Of a stretch of 64,000 nt of DNA, positions 57,301 to 64,000 are shown piece by piece. The translations under genes were made by a program, and so were the position numbers. Positions within the stretch are counted from its first letter, which is position 1. The number at the start of each line of letters is the position of its first letter. The notes below the pieces were generated by a model. That model was not told the DNA's origin. It was given only the letters and a program-made list of their open reading frames with translations, and did no database searches. The DNA is from Styela clava. Lineage: Eukaryota. The stretch covers positions 15,314,001 to 15,378,000 of the forward strand of contig NC_135253.1 in NCBI RefSeq assembly GCF_964204865.1, written 5' to 3'.

Positions 57301-57867
57301 CAACGGTTCAATACTTCGACAAATTGTTGTATTGTAGATCGAAATGACGTATAATCGCCGCCACATCTGAAAATATTTCAATTGAATGGGGCTGAGAATG
57401 AATGAGTAATTTGTGAGGCTATACATTTTGAATGGATGCTATTGCAAACGTTTCATTAGTTCTTCATCGGTAATGAAAAAGCACAATTCTTTTATACCAT
57501 CAATTTGAATCATTTATGACCGATACGGCCGTACCCATTCATCGGAATACACGTTTGTTATCAAGCAATCGGAATTTTACTTTGAAATATTTCCTCCAAA
57601 CTTACTCACAAAGATGGCTGAGAAAGCTGAATAATCAATCGTTCATTATCGGGCTGAATATTTAATGATTACTTTATTGAATATATCCAAAATACCGGTA
57701 TGCTAAATTGCAATATTCTACCTGAAATCCAAAGGGCCAGATTCATAGTAAAGAAAATACAACAATTCTGATCCATCGATGATAACTTTCGTGTCGCTGA
57801 CATTGATATCTTCCAATAAAGGTTTGGGGTATCTGTGAACGAAACCACTCAACCCTTTGATTCCCAT
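54323..57867 (-). CDS. ASTE1: ASTE1-like copy 4, 596 aa; exons 57722-57867, 57271-57366, 56898-57016, 56447-56634, 55621-55788, 54323-55396
   Basis: GT-AG exons 146/96/119/188/168/1074 with an open frame and ASTE1 motifs. Confidence 0.9.
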
Positions 57868-58044
57868 TGCTACACTTTTCTATTCGTACCCCAATCTGGA
57901 TATAGTATGATAATCAAATGATAAAGATTTAGCCTCCGTGCAGGAAGAGTAACCCTTTACTTTCACCCCGCCAGCAGACGATAAAACTAGACCTAATACT
58001 GGTGCGGGTAGGCTCGCTCAATTTCAGTGAATAAATCATGAATA

Positions 58045-58095
58045 TACACCATACTCTCATAAGAGGGAATTCCCCTTTGCGGGGAACGCGGTGCA
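58045..58095 (-). promoter_or_regulatory. candidate structured RNA element (three-way junction) in the ASTE1 5' leader; also at 28110-28160, 39968-40019, 47784-47835 and 49245-49295
   Basis: Three stems can be drawn in all five copies, with compensatory or G-U-tolerated changes that work only on the ASTE1 sense strand. Confidence 0.5.
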
Positions 58096-59189
58096 AACTC
58101 AGCGCATATAAGATTCGGTTGAGAGAACATGTTTTAAAAGTCAATAACGACGAATAGAAAGCAGCGACCCGAGAAACTTTAATGAATGAACCGTGTTTTA
58201 CTAAAGGTTGCTGGCGATGACTAAAGTAACAATAGTGGCGTGAATTGAGTTTTTAACGTACATTCCTCTTGTTGCCACAAACACAAGTTATTTACGACAA
58301 AATAATATAACTCATGGATAGCATGCGCTCTTTAATGATTGTTTCAAAATCATAATATTCATTGTTATTATATGTATTTTATTGTAACAGACTGTGATTA
58401 TAGTTCGGTAATCTATATTTGCAGCAATGAAAAACTAGCTGTTGCATCTTTTCCACAGGTCGTATAATCCTCGGGAACGGTTATTGCTCTGTATTTGGAT
58501 CAGCTTTCGACCGCAGTAAAGCCTCTACCATCCTTCACTGGTATTTTAGGTCATTTAAACATATCAAATTTTGCCAAACGCAACTGTATGCGCGAATAAA
58601 CAGCAAACTGGCATTAAATTCTCGTATAACCCCAAACATAGATTCATGCATTCGGGTAAGGTTGCAAAAAATGTACAGATCAAATGAATTATTGTATCAC
58701 AAACGTTGTAACTGCATCGTTGCAATATAATTCCTTAATTAGCTGGTTTTTCTATCAATTTTTGTCACTGAAATGATGGTATGCTTTTTGCACTAATTCG
58801 TAACATGGTGGGTAAATTTACGACCCGAAACATTTTAATTCAGTTGAATAACATAATGAGAAAAAGTCCAAATATTTTATAGTATTTCTGTCGTTATAAT
58901 TTAATAAATTTACTGTGTGATCTCCGCACATTACACTGCACAAACTAGTAATCGAAAATATAGCTAAAAGTCTCAACTACTGTCGAACCTGACTCGATCA
59001 TAGCCGTTCATAATCTGTCAATATTGTTAATGTAGTCACTAACCAGGAGTCAATGACAAAGAACGGACAAGCACGGCAGAACAAAAAAATTAGGACGTGG
59101 AAACGAACAGGGCAGCGCCAAATACTAGACGAAAAAAACCTCGCCAGCAAACTACGTGTGGTGTACATTTCAGAAAAACTATAATATCT

Positions 59190-59373
59190 GGTGACCGTAC
59201 ATTTGAACCCATCCTATATCCGCGATTCAATCTATTTGCCGGGTGCTAAAACCCATGGGTTAGGTTTAGTATGGGTTCAAATATCCGTAAAACAAAAAAA
59301 TCCTTAGGTGCAATAGTATGCAGGTGCAATTGTCGTGAGTTCAAATGTACGTGGGTTCAATTGTACGGGAACC
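59190..59373. mobile_element. MULE-like MITE
   Basis: GGTGACCGTACATTTGAACCC … GGGTTCAATTGTACGGGAACC; perfect 9-bp TSD ATAATATCT. Confidence 0.88.
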
Positions 59374-59805
59374 ATAATATCTATGATGAAATAAAATGGA
59401 GTTACCTAGTGAGAAAACAACTAGCAAAAACAGCGATCGCTGAGCTATATCAGTAAGTTGCGAAAACGTTGTAACGCGAATAAATGAACAATAGTCGATG
59501 AAAGTAACAATAAAAAATATCATTCAGCTTCATATATGCCGTTTTTTATTTCATATCTTAATTATTATAATATAAGTCTTTTTTGACAATTACAATTCTA
59601 ACGAAATACATGCTTTTAGAGGTATTTGAAGTTGTTGGAACATATAGAATAATTTCATTTTAAGTGTTGGCCTTGCGCCAAATGAAATCAAGCTGGAAAC
59701 CCCTAGTTGAGATTCAGGCAAAATAATAATTTGAATTATTTGTTACCGAAACAAACATTGGAAGTGGCGCTCTAACTTTGCAAAATTTGCGACCATGGAT
59801 CACTT

Positions 59806-59969
59806 TGAGTGTCTCAAAAATGTCACGTCCAAAGTGTCCCACTTATATGCGGGACGTGACCCACTCGTTCCAATGGAAGAATAGGACACGTTGGACAAGT
59901 AGAACTATTTGGACACGTGGTGCAAATGGGACAAGTTGGACATGCGGAACACGACATTTTCGAGACACC
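59806..59969. mobile_element. MITE with GGACA subterminal repeats
   Basis: GTGTCTCAAAAATGTC / GACATTTTCGAGACAC inverted repeat; flanking GGATCACT duplication. Confidence 0.75.
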
Positions 59970-60029
59970 GGATCACTACTAATTGTTTTATCCTGTCGTC
60001 TCAAACCTTATACATCAATGGATTGTAGA

Positions 60030-60315
60030 CCGGCGTGAAAATAAGGAAAGCCAATAAGACGGCTTAATCATATGGCGAATCACGTCCTCTCGTCCGTTTA
60101 CCAGCCCAAGTCGGGTATGGGATTAGTTAGCCAGGTATTTGTTTTCGGAAGCATGGACTTGATAGAATAGGAATCAGTAACCGACCAGCGGTGAATCACC
60201 CTACGGTGGCGAGGAGCATGGGATTCGTTCTTGCGAACAAAGGAGGGAAATCAGAGGTGCAGTGGCGAGCGTATTCCTATTTCCTACCGCTTTATGACGT
60301 CGCGCCACACAGCCG
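60030..60315 (-). mobile_element. probable tRNA-derived SINE
   Basis: GC-richer ~290 bp. The minus strand begins GGCTGTGTGGCGCGACG (A-box-like) and later has GAACGAATCCC (degenerate B-box). Confidence 0.45.
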
Positions 60316-60674
60316 AACACCATAACAAGTTCAATTCTCTCGAAACAAAATATTTATAAGAACTCTGACAATTCACAACACACATTATATATTACGCGTG
60401 ATGTTAGGTTTATTTATTTCATTCGTTTAGTGATGATGCAACCAGAATATTCCAGTAATGGAAAAAGAATGTAATAGGAGTAATGTTAGGTTTATTTATA
60501 TCATTCGTTCAGTGATGATACAGTCGGAAAACTACAGTAATAAAAAAAGAATGTCCATTACCGATCTGAAGCACACTCCTAGGTAGCACTAATAATAAGA
60601 GATGAATACTGTATTTTAAGCAGAAAACAAATAGAAGTAAGTAATCAAATAAAAAGTATATTATGGCTTCACAG

Positions 60675-62453
60675 CTAAACACCCAACACAAAAGCCTGCT
60701 TATTCGTTGAAATTCTACCCGTATCAATCGCAGGTGCGACTGGGTTGTGTAATGTGGCATTGAAGGTTCCTTGTAAAATTGTATTGGCTAGCAATGGACT
60801 GAGTTCATAAGCACCAGGGCCAGGTACTTCATCTTTTTTATGTTGCTTAAATCGTTCATCTTTCGTGACCATCAGAGCTAGAGCAACTTTGTTTTTAGGA
60901 GATTCTTCATTGTATGTGCCTGGACCTGGAACCTCACTATCTGGTCGGTGTATCACAATATCACGAGGCGGTGCAAATCGGTCCGATGATGATAAGAATG
61001 CCCTATTTCGCTGAAGAGCTGCCTTTGTCCTCGGATGCATTGAATTTCTTTTGTCCTGTGTTTTCTTAAAGGAATGTGCCACTTCATATGAGCCCGGAGG
61101 AGGATTTTCTTTCAAAGTTTGAGCAACTGGTGAGTGCAAACGATCAGTCAAAGATGAGAAAGCAGATGTTAGTTGCTTTTTATATCGTTCCTCAGGTCGA
61201 TCTTTCGGCTGATAATGTGAAGGCCCAGGGATTGAAACTTGTTGCCTTTTTATAACAGGCATAACTCTTGAAGAAGTAGTACCGAAAGCGCCCCTTCGAG
61301 TGCTCTCCAAATATGCTTTCTTCAAGCTCTCCTGTGCCACCCCATAACTGAATATATTGTAAGCTCCAGGTCCTGGTGTATGTTTAGTCTTTGTCTCAGT
61401 ATGAAACCGAACTGCCGTTTGTCCGAAAGGACTTCGTTTCATTCCTGTTATTTTTTTAAGTGCTTCCAAGGCATTTCGTGGGTCGTTGTATGCCCCAGGT
61501 GAAGGAGTGATTTTCGAATCGTTGTCAAATCTTTTAGCTTGAGACATGAAGGGTGGATGCTCTACTTCAAGTCCTTCCGTATTTACGGGTGCTGGCTTTT
61601 TTGCGAACTGTCCAGATATATCATACTTGCCAGGCCCAGGAACAGCCTTTTTCTCTTCTTCTTGTGCTACAATTTCATGATATCTTGGCAACCTAGATTC
61701 AAACTTTTTACCGTCTGGATTTACCAGCTGAATTAGGTTAGTTTGAGACTTATCTTCACCATCTTTGAAAGGATTATAATCACCAGGCCCAGGCCCTGTT
61801 TTTCCAGAAAATTTTATTCGAGATGACCTTAGTGCTCCAAAGTGGACCCCTTTGTATTTGGCTGTGGTAACAGTGTCTACTTGTTTGGGGTTATAGTATG
61901 CTGGACCCATTGTTTTATCTTTCTGTGGAGGAGACTGTTTTTGAAGTGTGCCATCATCAGTCTCCTCATACCCATATGCTTGTCCGGGACTTGGAATGGA
62001 AGGAGCATCAGGCTGACGTAGGTATTTTACCTTGCTTGTGATAATTACTTTATGATGTTTTTGTGGATCATCGGTAATCTGCGCTGCAGGAGTTGGCGCA
62101 GTTTTTATCCAGTCATGTTTTTTTGATAAATTATAGCTTCCAGGGCCTGGAGTCATGCGATGTTCTGATGCTATGTTAGCAAATCTGCGTTCTTGGTTAG
62201 CCAGAGTGCGACCACCTCTTATTGAGAATTGAGGATTCTTAGGGTCATATGCTCCTGGACCAGGGGCGGCCATGACCGAGTCACCAACATGAAACATAGT
62301 CTCTCTCCCAGACATTGATAAGAATGGGGCATATCCATCTGCTTTCAGCCACTTTGCGCTTGGTATACGAGGATCGTATGTACCTGGACCCACATTGTCT
62401 TTTGTACTACCAACAAGATAGTTAGCTGTTGGTCTTGGAGCTCTATCATACAT
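60675..62453 (-). CDS. STPG2: sperm-tail PG-rich repeat-containing protein 2 (SHIPPO repeats), 592 aa, single coding exon
   Basis: Starts MYDRAPR…GST…VGPGTY…APFLS as in STPG2; contains ~10 PGPGxY repeats and PSIPSPGQAYGYE. Confidence 0.93.
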   Translation of the reverse strand: MYDRAPRPTANYLVGSTKDNVGPGTYDPRIPSAKWLKADGYAPFLSMSGRETMFHVGDSVMAAPGPGAYDPKNPQFSIRGGRTLANQERRFANIASEHRMTPGPGSYNLSKKHDWIKTAPTPAAQITDDPQKHHKVIITSKVKYLRQPDAPSIPSPGQAYGYEETDDGTLQKQSPPQKDKTMGPAYYNPKQVDTVTTAKYKGVHFGALRSSRIKFSGKTGPGPGDYNPFKDGEDKSQTNLIQLVNPDGKKFESRLPRYHEIVAQEEEKKAVPGPGKYDISGQFAKKPAPVNTEGLEVEHPPFMSQAKRFDNDSKITPSPGAYNDPRNALEALKKITGMKRSPFGQTAVRFHTETKTKHTPGPGAYNIFSYGVAQESLKKAYLESTRRGAFGTTSSRVMPVIKRQQVSIPGPSHYQPKDRPEERYKKQLTSAFSSLTDRLHSPVAQTLKENPPPGSYEVAHSFKKTQDKRNSMHPRTKAALQRNRAFLSSSDRFAPPRDIVIHRPDSEVPGPGTYNEESPKNKVALALMVTKDERFKQHKKDEVPGPGAYELSPLLANTILQGTFNATLHNPVAPAIDTGRISTNKQAFVLGV

Positions 62454-63335
62454 GATTCAATTTAAGTAAGATTTCGCCTGGAAAATATTTTTGTGGTACT
62501 ATGTTATTCAATATATGGTTACCCAACGACAAGACTAGTAATTTCTACATTTTTACCATATTATGTTATATAAACTCTGAATTTATAGAAAATATAATAA
62601 ATACACTATATAAATGCATACAAATCATTCATAATTCAAATTTATATTAACTCGGTAAAGTAAAAATATTTTAAAAGAATATTCGTTTCACTTTATATAA
62701 AATATTTAAAGATAATAGCTAATATTTCTTTCGACCTAAATGTTTTGAAATAATTTGACTGTTGTCTGAGCCAGATAAAACTCATTTTATCGCAAAATTT
62801 ACTTCACTATTTGATGAGTTTTGCTACTAAAAAACATGTTTCACTTGAGTAAATGAAATTTCGAAAGTGGGCCTGCAATCTATTAAGGTAAATTACTATC
62901 TCAGAGCGTACAGTATTCTAACAACAAAACAAAGCCTAAATAATAAATGTTTCACACGTTTGTGTTCAAATAAAGAGTATATTTTACATCTTCAACCTTA
63001 ATCCGAGTGATATAATTTAGCAAAGCATTTATCATAAGAATCCCGCTAGGATATTTCAAGCCAAGTTATAAACGTGAATTGGTTAGAATTCGAAATTCAC
63101 ATCTATTGAATCGCAAGTCATTAAAACTCTTATCTCAATGTTACATCGGAAATATTGTGCTAAATACTCTAATGTTAAGTGTTGGCAGATTTAGAGCACT
63201 GCCACCAAGAGTACCGGTACCACGATTCGGCTAACAACACTGTCAGTGCTGCTCTAAAACAACATCGATAATGCGGAAAGACCTACTCGGCATAGTCGCG
63301 TAAAATGACAAAAGCTGTGGCATCCGAAGGCGAGC

Positions 63336-63348
63336 GTCGCTTGGCAAC
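63336..63348. promoter_or_regulatory. candidate RFX X-box upstream of STPG2
   Basis: GTCGCTTGGCAAC fits GTNRCY-N-RGYAAC. It lies ~50 bp upstream of a candidate 5'UTR donor (GTAGGT, 63281-63286, minus strand) that could pair with the acceptor TTTTCCAG at 62478. Confidence 0.45.
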
Positions 63349-64000
63349 AAAACATGTAGTGACTGGAGTATATGAGGATAATAATGTTTTTGCTCTAAAC
63401 AAAATTAAATGATATCGTCATAGTTTCAAGTCGCGATGCGTAAATAAATGTTTGTGTATATATTATAACTTATCCAGGTAATGACTGATACCTCCTGGAT
63501 ACAGTATGCCAAGTATCGTATCGAAGGCATTGATAGTTTTAATAACTCTGATAAAAAAGGCCGCCACCAAGCATCGCAAATCAACTGTAACAATTGGCGC
63601 GACATAAACTGAAAATGCACAACAAGAGCCGACCATACGAAAATTACGTCACTACACTAGACCCCTGGTTTTCTGCTTACCGCACGCTTACCAAAGCATT
63701 TCAGTTGAGCGAGCAAAAAGTCTGCAAAATCGAACCCTTGACATCGTCCGACACGCATGGTGGTACTATAAAATCCGTGCTACCACCACAGAGATATATA
63801 AATATACATTTTTCCAGTTACCACAAATAAACACAAAACAGAGAAATTTGGGGTGAAATATCAGAACTCTAAAGTAAATTTAATCAATCCATCAATCATT
63901 TCATCTCTGAATTTGGGAATAAATAAATGGAATAGCCTTCTAGTGGTAGTTTAAAAACTACCACATGATATACATATATTATTCATCATAATTATACATC

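Noticed and set aside
58045-58095. Leader three-way junction as a hammerhead ribozyme or tRNA
   Set aside because: It lacks the CUGANGA/GAAA core and has only two hairpin arms.
57929-58144. Leader ORF ending …SSFIVCWRGESKGLLFLHGG* as a URM1/ubiquitin-like peptide
   Set aside because: Several changes near its end look synonymous, but there is no shared in-frame start, copy 1 is frameshifted, copy 3 ends RG, and there is no beta-grasp pattern. The transitions are equally explained by G-U-tolerant RNA pairing.
63426-63830. Short ORFs upstream of STPG2
   Set aside because: No recognisable motif or consistent exon structure can be supported.

Overview
AT-rich, intron-containing animal genomic DNA (marine invertebrate-like, possibly tunicate; this is inference only). 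It holds three blocks. (1) 1-22 kb: a tandem cluster of + strand sulfotransferase (SULT) genes of the cytosolic PAPS-dependent family with a shared 5-exon plan: the tail of an upstream copy, intact A and C, near-intact D, and pseudogene B. Each carries an atypical N-terminal hydrophobic anchor exon. (2) 17.8-58.2 kb: four ~10-11 kb tandem units, each a SULT (+) tail-to-tail with a 6-exon asteroid/ASTE1-like XPG/PIN nuclease gene (-). ASTE1 copies 1, 2 and 4 splice into complete ORFs (590/596/596 aa), copy 3 has one nonsense codon, and a fifth 5' fragment survives. The SULT partners E, F and G are decayed. (3) An STPG2 gene with a single coding exon at 60.7-62.5 kb. Introns and spacers are packed with non-autonomous DNA transposons (hAT, MULE-like, pogo-like, piggyBac-like, Helentron-like), several with readable TIRs and TSDs. 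The most notable observations are the putatively membrane-anchored 'cytosolic' SULTs, an ASTE1 expansion with remodelled active-site motifs and mosaic paralogs, and a covarying RNA three-way junction in a ~290-nt ASTE1 leader that is kept at every duplication junction. Exon boundaries were read by hand from GT-AG sites and frame continuity; no database searches were run.
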